IMG/VR virus record: IMGVR_UViG_2721755758_000001
Coordinates: 1 to 64,000 of that record
From: a virus
Lineage: Duplodnaviria > Caudoviricetes
Length of the DNA stretch: 64,000 nucleotides
Direction: 5' to 3' (one strand)
A program made the translations under genes and the position numbers. Under the pieces are notes generated by a model. That model saw only the letters and a list, made by a program, of their open reading frames with translations, was not told the DNA's origin and did not search any database. Positions 19,751-29,466 of the stretch are shown piece after piece; the first letter of the stretch is position 1, and every line of letters begins with the position of its first letter.

Positions 19751-20530
19751 ATGAGCAAAAGGTTAAAAAAGATAGTACGTAATACAGTTTTGATATTAGT
19801 TTTGACTGTAGTAGGATTCACTGGATTAAAAGTAGGTAATACTACAAGAACATCAAAAGCTGAAAGTACAACAAAAATCGAACAAGTTATAGCAGCTAAA
19901 GAAATAGAAAATATACAAGAAAAGCAAGAATTGTTAGATAAAACGTTCAAAGAATCGTGTAAATTACAAATAGCATCAGGAACAATAGATATGCAATATA
20001 ATTTTTCAAACTCAGTTCAGGAGATAAAGGATTCTGCGCAGAGTAGTCCTTTTAGAATACTTAAGAATACATTAGCTCATAGAGATTTTACTTATAGTAG
20101 TCAATATCAATATAATTTCAAATATGATTTAAGTAAAATAAATACTTCTATAGAAAATGATACGCTTAATATAAATATAGAGAGCACATTTTTATTATTG
20201 GAAGATGTAAAAGAAAATAAAGATTATACTCAAATTACACAGGATACAGGATTACTTGCAAGTAATTTAAATGCAAATGAAACATGGGCAATGAGTAAAC
20301 TCTGTGAAACTAAAGCCTATAATTATTTGATAACAGATACAGATCTACAAGAAAATGCTATAAATAGTTTAGAAAAAGGCATAGAAACTATATGCAACAA
20401 TCTTAATATAAAAAATTATAAGGTTAATATTTCTAAAAATAATACTTTAACTAATAAAGATTCGTATACTAGCATATATAATATATGCCAGAGTTCAAAC
20501 ATGCCTACTGGTTTTGTGAAACAAAACTAA
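19751..20530 (+). CDS. N-terminally membrane-anchored protein, DUF4230-like
   Basis: Basic then hydrophobic N-terminus; FKYDLSKI motif. Confidence 0.6.
   Translation: MSKRLKKIVRNTVLILVLTVVGFTGLKVGNTTRTSKAESTTKIEQVIAAKEIENIQEKQELLDKTFKESCKLQIASGTIDMQYNFSNSVQEIKDSAQSSPFRILKNTLAHRDFTYSSQYQYNFKYDLSKINTSIENDTLNINIESTFLLLEDVKENKDYTQITQDTGLLASNLNANETWAMSKLCETKAYNYLITDTDLQENAINSLEKGIETICNNLNIKNYKVNISKNNTLTNKDSYTSIYNICQSSNMPTGFVKQN
20511..20527. promoter_or_regulatory. Operator copy inside the 3' end of a gene
   Basis: GTTTTGTGAAACAAAAC. Confidence 0.85.
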
Positions 20531-20560
20531 TTTACATTAATAATTAAGAAGGAGAAGAAA

Positions 20561-20761
20561 ATGAATAAAAATATAAAACAATGGATTATAGATGTTTTAA
20601 TATGGACAGGAATATTTAGCTGGATATCAAGCGTGTGGCAATTACTAGAAGAAACTTTCGATGGTGGGATTCAACAAAGTATATCGGATTCAATAATAGC
20701 AGTTATTTTAGTTACTTTTATATGGATTCAGATAAGAAAATTAATAACAATAAAAGAATAA
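20561..20761 (+). CDS. Small two-TM membrane protein
   Basis: Two hydrophobic segments; RBS AGGAG. Confidence 0.7.
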   Translation: MNKNIKQWIIDVLIWTGIFSWISSVWQLLEETFDGGIQQSISDSIIAVILVTFIWIQIRKLITIKE

Positions 20762-20798
20762 AATTGTGAAAAATATTTTAAAACAATAGGAGGAAAAA

Positions 20799-21740
20799 AT
20801 GTTACAGATTTTAGAATTATTCGGAGGTATAGGGAGTCCTAGAGTTGCACTAAGGAATTTAGGAGTAGATGTTAAAGCTATAGATTACGTAGAGATTGAT
20901 GAAAAGGCAGTAAGGAGTTATAATGCTATGTTTGAAAAAGAACTTGCTTATAGAACTCAATCTGTAGTTAATTATAATTTAAAACCGGACATTCTTATTC
21001 ATGGATCACCTTGCCAAAGCTTTTCTATAGCGGGAAAACAAGAAGGTGCAGATGAAGGAAGCGGAACAGAGAGTAGTTTAATGTGGGAAACAATAAATAT
21101 AATTAAGCAAATGGAAGCATGGAAGCCTAAAGTTGTAATATGGGAGAATGTAAAGAACGTTCTTTCAAAGCATATGAAACACAATTTTAATAAATACTTA
21201 GATGAAATGCAAAAACTAGGATACACAAATAATTATGAAGTATTAAATGCTATGGACTTTGGATTACCACAGAATCGTAACAGAGTATTTACAATAAGCT
21301 GCTTAGATGGTACATTATTTAACTTTAAAACTTTAGAAAAATACCCCATGAGAAATATAAAAGAGTTTCTTCAGAATGATGTATCTGAAGAATATGAAGT
21401 TACACAACCAAGCATATTAAAAGGAATAGGAACTAAAGGAGTAAATAGAGCGACAATAATTAAAGATTATGCTTATACGATAACAGAAAGGCAAGATAGA
21501 TGCCCTGTACAGGTTATTGATTTAGGTAATGGAAAATATAGATTTTTAACCGATTTAGAATGTTGGAGATTACAAGGATATAAAGATGATGATTATTATA
21601 GTGCAGCAAAAGTAAATACTAAAAGAGCATTATACAAACAAGCTGGTAATAGTATTCCAGTAACGATATTTGAAAGTATATTTAAGCAATTATTATTTTG
21701 TAATATGAAAGGAGTACAATATGAAACCAATACTTTTTAA
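20799..21740 (+). CDS. DNA cytosine-5 methyltransferase (orphan)
   Basis: ELFGGIG, GSPCQ, WENV, PQNRNR, QAGNSI. Confidence 0.95.
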   Translation: MLQILELFGGIGSPRVALRNLGVDVKAIDYVEIDEKAVRSYNAMFEKELAYRTQSVVNYNLKPDILIHGSPCQSFSIAGKQEGADEGSGTESSLMWETINIIKQMEAWKPKVVIWENVKNVLSKHMKHNFNKYLDEMQKLGYTNNYEVLNAMDFGLPQNRNRVFTISCLDGTLFNFKTLEKYPMRNIKEFLQNDVSEEYEVTQPSILKGIGTKGVNRATIIKDYAYTITERQDRCPVQVIDLGNGKYRFLTDLECWRLQGYKDDDYYSAAKVNTKRALYKQAGNSIPVTIFESIFKQLLFCNMKGVQYETNTF

Positions 21741-22326
21741 CACAGCGATGGTCAATGCGATATTAGATGGCAGAAAGACAACTACAAGAAGAATAGCTAA
21801 AAGATTAAAGGATGCTACAAAAGAAACTCATGGAGATTTTAAATGGGATTATAAACAAGCTTGTATGAATGACTTAGGACTTGAAATAGTAGCACCATTT
21901 CATATAGGAGAAATACTTTATATTAGAGAAACATGGTTTGAGGGAGATATATTAGATTCTAATGAGGATATAGCTGAAAGAAATATAGTTTTATATAGAA
22001 CTGATGATTTGGAAAAGCATGATATTGAAGAAATTAAGTGGAGACCATCAATTCATATGCCTAAGAGATTAGCAAGAATATTTCTTAAGATTACTGGTAT
22101 AAGAGTTGAAAGATTAAAAAGAATTGAAGCTGGCCAATGCAAAGCAGAAGGAATTGATTTAGGGTATAAAATTGAAAATTCATTTGATGCAGGGGAATAT
22201 TGCAAAGCATTTGGAGAACTATGGGATAGTACAGTAAATAAAAAAGATATAGATAAGTATAGCTGGAATGCTAATCCATATGTTTGGGTAATTGAGTTTG
22301 AAAGGTGTGAAAAACCGAATGATTAA
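21721..22326 (+). CDS. ASCH/PUA-like phage protein
   Basis: MKPILFNTAMVNAILDGRKTTTRR, LYIRETW, WRPSIHMPK, NPYVWVIEF. Confidence 0.75.
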   Translation: MKPILFNTAMVNAILDGRKTTTRRIAKRLKDATKETHGDFKWDYKQACMNDLGLEIVAPFHIGEILYIRETWFEGDILDSNEDIAERNIVLYRTDDLEKHDIEEIKWRPSIHMPKRLARIFLKITGIRVERLKRIEAGQCKAEGIDLGYKIENSFDAGEYCKAFGELWDSTVNKKDIDKYSWNANPYVWVIEFERCEKPND

Positions 22327-22525
22327 ATATTTAGTTATCAGACCAAAAGATAAAGTTATTGTTGGAATTATGAAACATAAAGAAGAAAATAAGTATTCAT
22401 TCATAAATTTAACTAAAAATTATATATGCCCATGTAAATTTGGTAGTCCTGTTGAAGCTTTGGAGGATATGAATAAATTAAAAAGCCAAGGCAAGATAAT
22501 AAGTTATGAGAGAATATGGTTTTAG
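22319..22525 (+). CDS. Hypothetical protein
   Basis: RBS AAGGTG; FINLTKNYICPC. Confidence 0.6.
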   Translation: MIKYLVIRPKDKVIVGIMKHKEENKYSFINLTKNYICPCKFGSPVEALEDMNKLKSQGKIISYERIWF

Positions 22526-22544
22526 AAAGTGAGGAAAAGCAGTA

Positions 22545-22772
22545 ATGAAAAAAGGGTGTATCTATTGTAAAGAACCTTATGGGAAAATTATAAAAGTCAA
22601 TCAAAGTTGTGATAATAAAAATTGTATAACCGATACTATGATATCTCATACAAAAGATGATAATAAAGCAGGCTTTGTATTATTTGAACACGGGATGGCA
22701 AAAGGATGGTTTGATATTAACTATTGTCCGTTTTGTGGGAGAAAACTCCCCGAAAATCTAAAGGAGATCTAG
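22545..22772 (+). CDS. Small zinc-binding protein
   Basis: GCIYC...INYCPFCGRKL. Confidence 0.7.
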   Translation: MKKGCIYCKEPYGKIIKVNQSCDNKNCITDTMISHTKDDNKAGFVLFEHGMAKGWFDINYCPFCGRKLPENLKEI

Positions 22773-22779
22773 AATTAAT

Positions 22780-23031
22780 ATGAAAACATACTATATTCCA
22801 GTAGGTAGTACATTAGGAGTTATTTGTAAAAGATGTAAACAAACACTAGAGAAAAAAGATCTAGAGAAACAAGTGGAAATATTATCTGATTATAATATGC
22901 ATGTGCCTAAATGTTCGCTACCTATAGATTATACGATTAATAATGAAAAAGTTAATTTTAGATGTAATATATGTCATAATGAAGATAATTTTGAAATTGT
23001 AACATTACAAAATATAAAAAGTTTCTATTGA
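22780..23031 (+). CDS. Small zinc-binding protein
   Basis: CKRC...CNIC. Confidence 0.65.
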   Translation: MKTYYIPVGSTLGVICKRCKQTLEKKDLEKQVEILSDYNMHVPKCSLPIDYTINNEKVNFRCNICHNEDNFEIVTLQNIKSFY

Positions 23032-23054
23032 TTTACAATAAATTATATTTTTGG

Positions 23055-23102
23055 GTTTTGTACCACAAAACTATTGACAATATAGTTTTGTGGTACTAAA
23101 CT
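23055..23102 (+). promoter_or_regulatory. Double-operator promoter, same layout as 9368
   Basis: Operators at 23055-23071 and 23085-23101 around TTGACA-N17-TAAACT. Confidence 0.88.
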
Positions 23103-23139
23103 AGATATATAGTAAAGAAATGGAAAAGGGGTGTAAGCA

Positions 23140-23310
23140 ATGGCATATAATCCAAAGAAAATGATAAGAAAAGTACGAGACAATAACAAAAGTAGCTTTT
23201 TATCTATTCCTACTTATATAAGAATTAAGATGGACATAAGTAAAGGGGATTGGATAGAGTTCAAGGAATCAAAGGATAGAAAAATTTATATAGAGAAAGC
23301 GAATAAATAA
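23140..23310 (+). CDS. AbrB/MazE/SpoVT-family protein, 56 aa (not in ORF track)
   Basis: RBS AGGGGTG; MIRKVRDNNKSSFLSIPTYIRIKMDISKGDWIEF...KIYIEK. Confidence 0.8.
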   Translation: MAYNPKKMIRKVRDNNKSSFLSIPTYIRIKMDISKGDWIEFKESKDRKIYIEKANK

Positions 23311-23958
23311 TTGGAAAATGAATTAATTATTAAAACATATGAAAATTCAGAAATACAATTTAAAACAATAAATGATGAAAGCTATGTAAAAATAGATGAA
23401 GTAGCAAAGTTTTGTGGATGGACTTATACAAAAGAAGATAGACCAGGAAAAGTGTTTATAAGATGGAACACAGTAAACAAATTTATAAAAGAATTAGGTT
23501 TGTCGCAAGAAGTTGCGACAGGAGAATTTATACCTGAATATATAATGTATCCATTAATAGGAAAGGCAAACAACAATAAAGCTACAAGTTTCATGCTATG
23601 GGTAGGAAAGGTATTAACAGAAATAAGAAAAACTGGAGAATATAAAACAAGTATTAAAAAGTATGAAATGATGATAGAACAAAATAATGAACAAATTTAC
23701 AGACTTGAAATGTGCATAGGAATACATGATAGACATACAAAAATGTATATCAGATACATTAAAAATAAACTTGGCATAACAAGAATAAATAAAGATTATC
23801 TAATGATAAAAAATAATGTATTTAGAAAATTTGGAGCGGATAAGTGGGAAGATTTAGCACTTATAAAACAAGACGAAATATTTTCTAATATAGATAGTTG
23901 TATACAGCTTATAGAAGGATATAAGCAACTAGAAATGAATATGAAGGGAGAAAAATAA
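23311..23958 (+). CDS. BRO/antirepressor-like DNA-binding protein
   Basis: FIPEY..YPLIGKANN..A..F..WV..VLTEIRKTGEY; C-terminal KWEDL. Confidence 0.75.
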   Translation: MENELIIKTYENSEIQFKTINDESYVKIDEVAKFCGWTYTKEDRPGKVFIRWNTVNKFIKELGLSQEVATGEFIPEYIMYPLIGKANNNKATSFMLWVGKVLTEIRKTGEYKTSIKKYEMMIEQNNEQIYRLEMCIGIHDRHTKMYIRYIKNKLGITRINKDYLMIKNNVFRKFGADKWEDLALIKQDEIFSNIDSCIQLIEGYKQLEMNMKGEK

Positions 23959-24359
23959 TGGAAAAATTTATTAACCTTGAAAGCTTTGCAGATGGAGCAT
24001 TAGCTGAAAAAGTAAATATGGCTTTAAGGCAAGTATTAGATAATATGATAGATCCAAATACAGATTGGAAGATAAAAAGAAAGTTAACTATAGATATGAC
24101 TTTAGTGACAGGTGAAGATAGAGAATTAACAGAGGTCAATATTATTGCTAAAACCAAATTAGCCCCAAGCAAAGCCCTACAAGCTAAAATTGTAATAGGA
24201 ACAGATGGAAAAGGTGGGGTGCTTGCAAGCGAATACAAAAAACAAGTACCAGGACAAAGCGTAATGAGAGTAGATGAAAATACAGGAGAACTATTAACGA
24301 CAGCAGAAGAAAAAGAAAATAGTGTTGTAGATTTAAAAGGAATTAAATTGGTTAAATAA
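23958..24359 (+). CDS. Conserved phage protein
   Basis: INLESFADGALAEKVN...NMIDPNTD..KRKLTI. Confidence 0.75.
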   Translation: MEKFINLESFADGALAEKVNMALRQVLDNMIDPNTDWKIKRKLTIDMTLVTGEDRELTEVNIIAKTKLAPSKALQAKIVIGTDGKGGVLASEYKKQVPGQSVMRVDENTGELLTTAEEKENSVVDLKGIKLVK

Positions 24360-24374
24360 GAGAGGAAGATGTAA

Positions 24375-25088
24375 ATGTTAGAAAAAGATGCTATAGAATA
24401 TTTAATTAATGAAGGAGAAATGAAAGATCCAATAGTAAATTTAAGTCAAGGAACTTTTTCAAAAGAAAGCTTAAAGAGAATTACATTTCCAACAGCAGAT
24501 ACCTTAAAAGTATCTACATTAACAGCAATAGTTGACTATATTAAAAAGAATGTAGATAAGTTAGATGATAATTTAATAATTCATATTAAATCAGAAAAAG
24601 AAGTCAATTTGTATGGTCCGTTAACAGTTGATTCTGAAAGAAATTGTTATTTACAAGCATTAGCTATATTGCCAAGTAATATTTATTACAAGGAATACAT
24701 GGATACAGAAACTTTTAATATTATGCTTCAAAGTTCATTTGCAGATAAGGGAGATAAGGAAACACTATTAAAATATACAGGACTTATAAGAGACGAAGCA
24801 GTAAAAACAACTGGAGATGATGGAATAAGTCAGCAAGTAACAATTAAAACAGGAGTTGCAAGTGTAGCACAAGCCGTTGTACCAAATCCAGCGACTCTTG
24901 CACCATACAGGACATTCCAAGAAATAGATCAAGTAGAAAGTAAATTTATATTTAGAATGAAAGATGGACCACGTGCAGCAATATTTGAAGCTGATGGGGG
25001 ACAATGGAGAAATGAAACTATTATAAGAATTAAAACATATTTAAATGAACAACTAAAGGATATAGATAATGTTGAAATTTTAGCTTAA
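24375..25088 (+). CDS. Conserved phage protein
   Basis: DDGISQQVTIKTG, PNPATLAPYRTF, AAIFEADGGQW. Confidence 0.75.
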   Translation: MLEKDAIEYLINEGEMKDPIVNLSQGTFSKESLKRITFPTADTLKVSTLTAIVDYIKKNVDKLDDNLIIHIKSEKEVNLYGPLTVDSERNCYLQALAILPSNIYYKEYMDTETFNIMLQSSFADKGDKETLLKYTGLIRDEAVKTTGDDGISQQVTIKTGVASVAQAVVPNPATLAPYRTFQEIDQVESKFIFRMKDGPRAAIFEADGGQWRNETIIRIKTYLNEQLKDIDNVEILA

Positions 25089-25128
25089 TTAGGGGAGATA
25101 TACTCTCCCTAGAAAGAAGGGGATTAAA

Positions 25129-25563
25129 ATTAATAAAGTAGTTCTTATTGGAAGATTAACTAAAGATCCAGAACTTAGATTTACTCCAGGAAGTGGAGCA
25201 ACAGTATGTCAATTAACATTAGCGATTAATAGATATAATTCAAAAACTGGTCAAAATGAAGCTGACTTTATACAGGTAGTAGTTTGGGGAAAGCAAGCAG
25301 AAAACACTGCAAATTATGTAAGCAAAGGTAGTCAAGTTGCCATAAGTGGGAAAATTCAAACTAGAAGCTATGATGCTAAAGATGGTACTAAAAGATATGT
25401 AACAGAAGTTGTGGCAGATATGTTTGGAGGAGTTCAATTCTTAGGAAGTAAAAATCAAGGGCATGAACCAGATATAAATGCAATGAACGATGCATTTGGA
25501 GGTGCTAATTTTGAAGTTGATGAAGAAATTACACCTGTGGATGACGACTCTATGCCATTTTAA
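25129..25563 (+). CDS. ssb: Single-stranded DNA-binding protein, ATT start (not in ORF track)
   Basis: NKVVLIGRLTKDPELRFT...WGKQAE...GKIQTRSY...DDDSMPF. Confidence 0.93.
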   Translation: MNKVVLIGRLTKDPELRFTPGSGATVCQLTLAINRYNSKTGQNEADFIQVVVWGKQAENTANYVSKGSQVAISGKIQTRSYDAKDGTKRYVTEVVADMFGGVQFLGSKNQGHEPDINAMNDAFGGANFEVDEEITPVDDDSMPF

Positions 25564-25569
25564 TAGGAG

Positions 25570-25836
25570 ATGATTAGAATTTTTAAAAATATAGATTTAA
25601 GCAAAATTACATTTATAAATCAAATTAAAAAAACACAAGAAGAGGATAAAGAATTTATAGAAGCTATAATGCAATATAAGTTAGGAATTGGAAGTAGAGA
25701 ACATGTAAAAGAAGAGATATGCGATAAATTTCAAGCAGCATTAGGACTAGCTAAAAAGCAGGGTATACCAGCCGAAGAGATTGAAGAATACTTTAATACT
25801 ACTCATGCAGAAAAAATAAAAAATAGACCAAGATAG
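25570..25836 (+). CDS. MazG-like nucleotide pyrophosphohydrolase
   Basis: EEDKEF...EEICD pattern. Confidence 0.55.
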   Translation: MIRIFKNIDLSKITFINQIKKTQEEDKEFIEAIMQYKLGIGSREHVKEEICDKFQAALGLAKKQGIPAEEIEEYFNTTHAEKIKNRPR

Positions 25837-25845
25837 GAGGACTAT

Positions 25846-26133
25846 ATGAAACAGATAATGTTAATTTTGTATTTTAACATAGTAATAGCTATTCTAAATA
25901 CTATTATTCTTCCTACATTTAAGAAAAAACAAGAAGTATCAATAGAAAATCAAATAGAACAGATAAACGAAGGATTAAAAAATGAGAATCTATTTACTAG
26001 AAAATTTATAGTGTGCTTTTATAATACAGTATTTGATATACCAATATTAGCATATTTGATGGTTTTTGTAATAAATTGCATTCCAGGTTTTAATCTTTTT
26101 GTTTTATATAAAGAGATCAAAGAAAGATTTTAA
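25846..26133 (+). CDS. Small membrane protein
   Basis: Hydrophobic termini; IPGFNL. Confidence 0.65.
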   Translation: MKQIMLILYFNIVIAILNTIILPTFKKKQEVSIENQIEQINEGLKNENLFTRKFIVCFYNTVFDIPILAYLMVFVINCIPGFNLFVLYKEIKERF

Positions 26134-26145
26134 TTTTATCAACTG

Positions 26146-26162
26146 GTTTTGTGATACAAAAC
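26146..26162. promoter_or_regulatory. Operator copy
   Basis: GTTTTGTGATACAAAAC. Confidence 0.85.
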
Positions 26163-26175
26163 TAAAGATTAAAAA

Positions 26176-27087
26176 GTGGGACTTATTAAAGAATATAGGA
26201 GTGAAAAGCTTATGAGAATACTACATTTATATCAATGGAAATTAAAAGATATAGAAATTGAATTAGGCTCAATAAAATCAGCTAAGTGGGATGCAGTTTT
26301 AGTAGGCCCTATACAAGAATCAAAAGAAGAAGATAGTGGACTATGGTGTATGCCTTATCAAGTAATAGGAATGAATATAGGAAATAGATATGGAAGCAAA
26401 GAAGATTTAATAAGTCTGTGCAATAAAGCACATGAAAAAGGAATTAATATTTTTGTAGATACAGTAATAACTCACTATGCGAATGCAGGTGATGGAGAGT
26501 TACGCTTTACACCTCACAATAAGGTAGACAAGGTTTTGGTAAATAACAAGCATATTTGGAGAGAAAAAAAGCCAATAGATTATAACTCTAGGTGGTCGGT
26601 AACACATCACTGCAATAACTTAGCGGCTATTAGAACAGATAACTATGACTATCAAGATTTAGTAATAAAATTTTATAATAATTTGATTGAATGTGGAATA
26701 GATGGTGTTAGAATCGATTCAGCTAAAATTATTTCTCTACCAGAAGAAGATGGAAATAACTTTTTTCCGAGAGTTTTAGGTTCACTCCAAAAACAAATAA
26801 CTGTTTTTGGAGAAGTTATATTCGAATCAGAAATGCTACTAAGAATGTATCAAAAATATATATATCCACTTACAAATCTAAGTAATCAAGCTTATAACAT
26901 AGATAGAAAAAAAGAAATAACTTATTTTGAAAGCCATGATTTTTATTTAGATGAAGTTTTAAAATGTACTGAAAGAATGAGCGAAGAAGAAATAAAAAGA
27001 GAATATAAATACCTTTTAAATGATTTTCCAAATGTACTTTATTATTCAAGACCTTTTTCAGAATACTGGAGAAAAGCTAATGATTGA
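26176..27087 (+). CDS. GH13 alpha-amylase-family protein (start possibly 26212)
   Basis: YQ, RYGSKEDL, VDTVITH, GIDGVRIDSAK, FGEV, FESHD. Confidence 0.88.
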   Translation: MGLIKEYRSEKLMRILHLYQWKLKDIEIELGSIKSAKWDAVLVGPIQESKEEDSGLWCMPYQVIGMNIGNRYGSKEDLISLCNKAHEKGINIFVDTVITHYANAGDGELRFTPHNKVDKVLVNNKHIWREKKPIDYNSRWSVTHHCNNLAAIRTDNYDYQDLVIKFYNNLIECGIDGVRIDSAKIISLPEEDGNNFFPRVLGSLQKQITVFGEVIFESEMLLRMYQKYIYPLTNLSNQAYNIDRKKEITYFESHDFYLDEVLKCTERMSEEEIKREYKYLLNDFPNVLYYSRPFSEYWRKAND

Positions 27088-27841
27088 AATATAGAAGAGC
27101 ATAGAAGGATATGAAGGAATATATGAAATAAGTAGCTTGGGTAGAGTTAAAAGCTTAAGCAGAGAAAAAATAATGCCAAATGGGACAATATGTTTTACAA
27201 AAGAAAAAATATTAAAACAAAATAGAAATATAAATGGTTATATCAGTATTAGTTTATATAAAAATAATAAATGTCATGCTTTTAGGATTCATAGATTAGT
27301 AGCCAAAGCCTTTATAGAAAATCCAAATAAATTTTCAGAGGTAAATCACAAAGATGAGAATAAAGAAAATAATAAATATATAAATTTAGAATGGTGTGAT
27401 AAAACTTATAATAATAACTATGGGACTAAAAAACAAAGACAAATAGATACAAGAAGTAAAACTATATACCAATATGATATAAATGGATATTTAATAAGAG
27501 AATGGAATAATATATCTGAAGCATCTAATAAAGGATATTCTCGTGAATGCATATATAAATGTGCAATAGGTTCAAATATTATTCATAAAGATAGTTTTTG
27601 GAGTTATGAAAAACATAATAAAGAATATTTTATAGAGAAGCTTAATAAAAAGCTAAATAAAAGAAAGATAATACAATATGATTTAGATGGAAATATTATA
27701 AAAATATGGGAATCTGTTAATCAGATACACAATGAACTAGGATATGATAAAAGTTGTATCAGCGAATGCTTAAATAATAAAAGAAAATATACACACAATA
27801 GTATATTCAAAAAATTCAATGATATAAATAAATTTAAATAG
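27080..27841 (+). pseudogene. NUMOD4-HNH-NUMOD1 endonuclease with in-frame TAG at 27092-27094
   Basis: MIEI*KSIEGYEGIYEISSLGRVKS; IHRLVA.AF...VNHKDENKENN..NLEW; two IxQYD repeats. Confidence 0.85.
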
Positions 27842-27856
27842 GTAGGAGGAATTAAA

Positions 27857-28084
27857 ATGAGAAATAAATTATCAGATTTACAGAATTATTTATTTGCTCA
27901 ATTAGAAAGATTAGATGAAGAGCAAATTTCACAAGAGGAATTAGAAAAAGAGATTAATAGAACCAAAGCAATAACTTCACTAGCAAATACGATTATAGCA
28001 AATGGAAGCTTAGCGTTACAAGCTCAAAAATTTATAGATGACAGAAATAATTCTGATATAAAACTTCCTGAAATGCTAGAATGA
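27857..28084 (+). CDS. Conserved phage protein
   Basis: MRNKLSDLQNYLFAQLERL. Confidence 0.75.
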   Translation: MRNKLSDLQNYLFAQLERLDEEQISQEELEKEINRTKAITSLANTIIANGSLALQAQKFIDDRNNSDIKLPEMLE

Positions 28085-28725
28085 AAAAAGGAAGACCAAA
28101 GGGGATAAAAAACAAGAAGCAACACATTTGGACAGAAGAAGAAAAGGAATACTTAAGAGAAATAGTAAGCAAAAGAAGTCATAAACAAATACAAATAATG
28201 ATGAACAAAAAATTTGAATATCAATTTGATCTAACACAGATAAGTGGAGCAATAAAAAGATATAAATTAAAAACAGGATTAACTGGATGTTTTACTAAAG
28301 GAAACACACCTTTTAATAAAGGCAAAAAGCAAGAAGAATATATGTCAAAAGAATCAATAGAAAGAACTAAATTTACAAGATTTAAATTAGGACAATCTCC
28401 AGTAAATTGGAGACCAATAGGAAGTGAACGAGTTACTGTAGATGGGTATACAGAAATTAAAATAAAAGAACCAAATATATGGAAACTAAAGCAAAGATTA
28501 ATTTATGAAAAAGCATATGGAGAAATACCTTATGGGTATACAGTTGTATTTGCAGATAGAAATAAGAAAAATTTCAATATTGAAAATTTGATTTTAGTAT
28601 CTAGAAATGAACTTTTAAAAATGAATAGTAATGATTTAATAAAAGAAGATGCTGAACTTACTAAAACAGGAAAGATTGTGGCAGATCTTTATATAAAACT
28701 GGAGGAAATTAAACATGGAAAATAA
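28081..28725 (+). CDS. HNH-like protein with degenerate His positions
   Basis: PIGSER...DGY; VVFADRNKKNFNIENLILVSR. Confidence 0.75.
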   Translation: MKKGRPKGIKNKKQHIWTEEEKEYLREIVSKRSHKQIQIMMNKKFEYQFDLTQISGAIKRYKLKTGLTGCFTKGNTPFNKGKKQEEYMSKESIERTKFTRFKLGQSPVNWRPIGSERVTVDGYTEIKIKEPNIWKLKQRLIYEKAYGEIPYGYTVVFADRNKKNFNIENLILVSRNELLKMNSNDLIKEDAELTKTGKIVADLYIKLEEIKHGK

Positions 28726-29377
28726 AATTATGATTAATATGTTTAAAAAACTTTCATACAAGCATCAAATATGGGAAGTATATTCAGATTTTATTGAATT
28801 AGCAACTTTATCAATAAGTAATGCATGCGATCGTAGTTCAAAATGGGATATCAGAGAAGAAAGATATAAAAATATAATAAATAAGTATGATGATAAAGAA
28901 AAGATACTATTTCCTAAATTATTAGGAGAACTAATAATTCAGCTGAATGAACAGCCTTCAGATATTATGGGGCAGATATTTATGGAATTAGAATTGGGAA
29001 ATAAGTATAAAGGACAATTTTTTACTCCATATAACATATGTGAATTAATGGCAGAAATAATAATTGATGATAATATAAGAAATCAAATAAAGAAAAAGGG
29101 ATTTGTAACATTAAATGAGCCTTGTAGTGGTGGTGGCGCAATGATAATAGCATTTGCAGAAGCAATGAAGAAAAGAAAATTAAATCCTCAAAAATATTTA
29201 AAAGTTATATGCCAAGATTTAGATTTTAAATCAGTGTGTATGACATATTTACAACTAAGTTTTTTGGGAATACCAGCTATAGTTATGCACATGAATACTT
29301 TATCATTAGAAATATTCGATAAATTTTATACTCCAGTATGGATATATGATGGATGGGATTTTAAAAAAGAAAAATAA
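28715..29377 (+). CDS. Short N6-adenine methyltransferase-like protein
   Basis: GQFFTP, EPCSGGG; no NPPY/F motif. Confidence 0.8.
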   Translation: MENKIMINMFKKLSYKHQIWEVYSDFIELATLSISNACDRSSKWDIREERYKNIINKYDDKEKILFPKLLGELIIQLNEQPSDIMGQIFMELELGNKYKGQFFTPYNICELMAEIIIDDNIRNQIKKKGFVTLNEPCSGGGAMIIAFAEAMKKRKLNPQKYLKVICQDLDFKSVCMTYLQLSFLGIPAIVMHMNTLSLEIFDKFYTPVWIYDGWDFKKEK

Positions 29378-29466
29378 GCCTAAAATCAAAGAAAATAGGG
29401 TTATTCAACTCAAAAGAAAATTTAAAATAAGAAAATTTTTATTATATATGATTGTAGGTGATAGTA

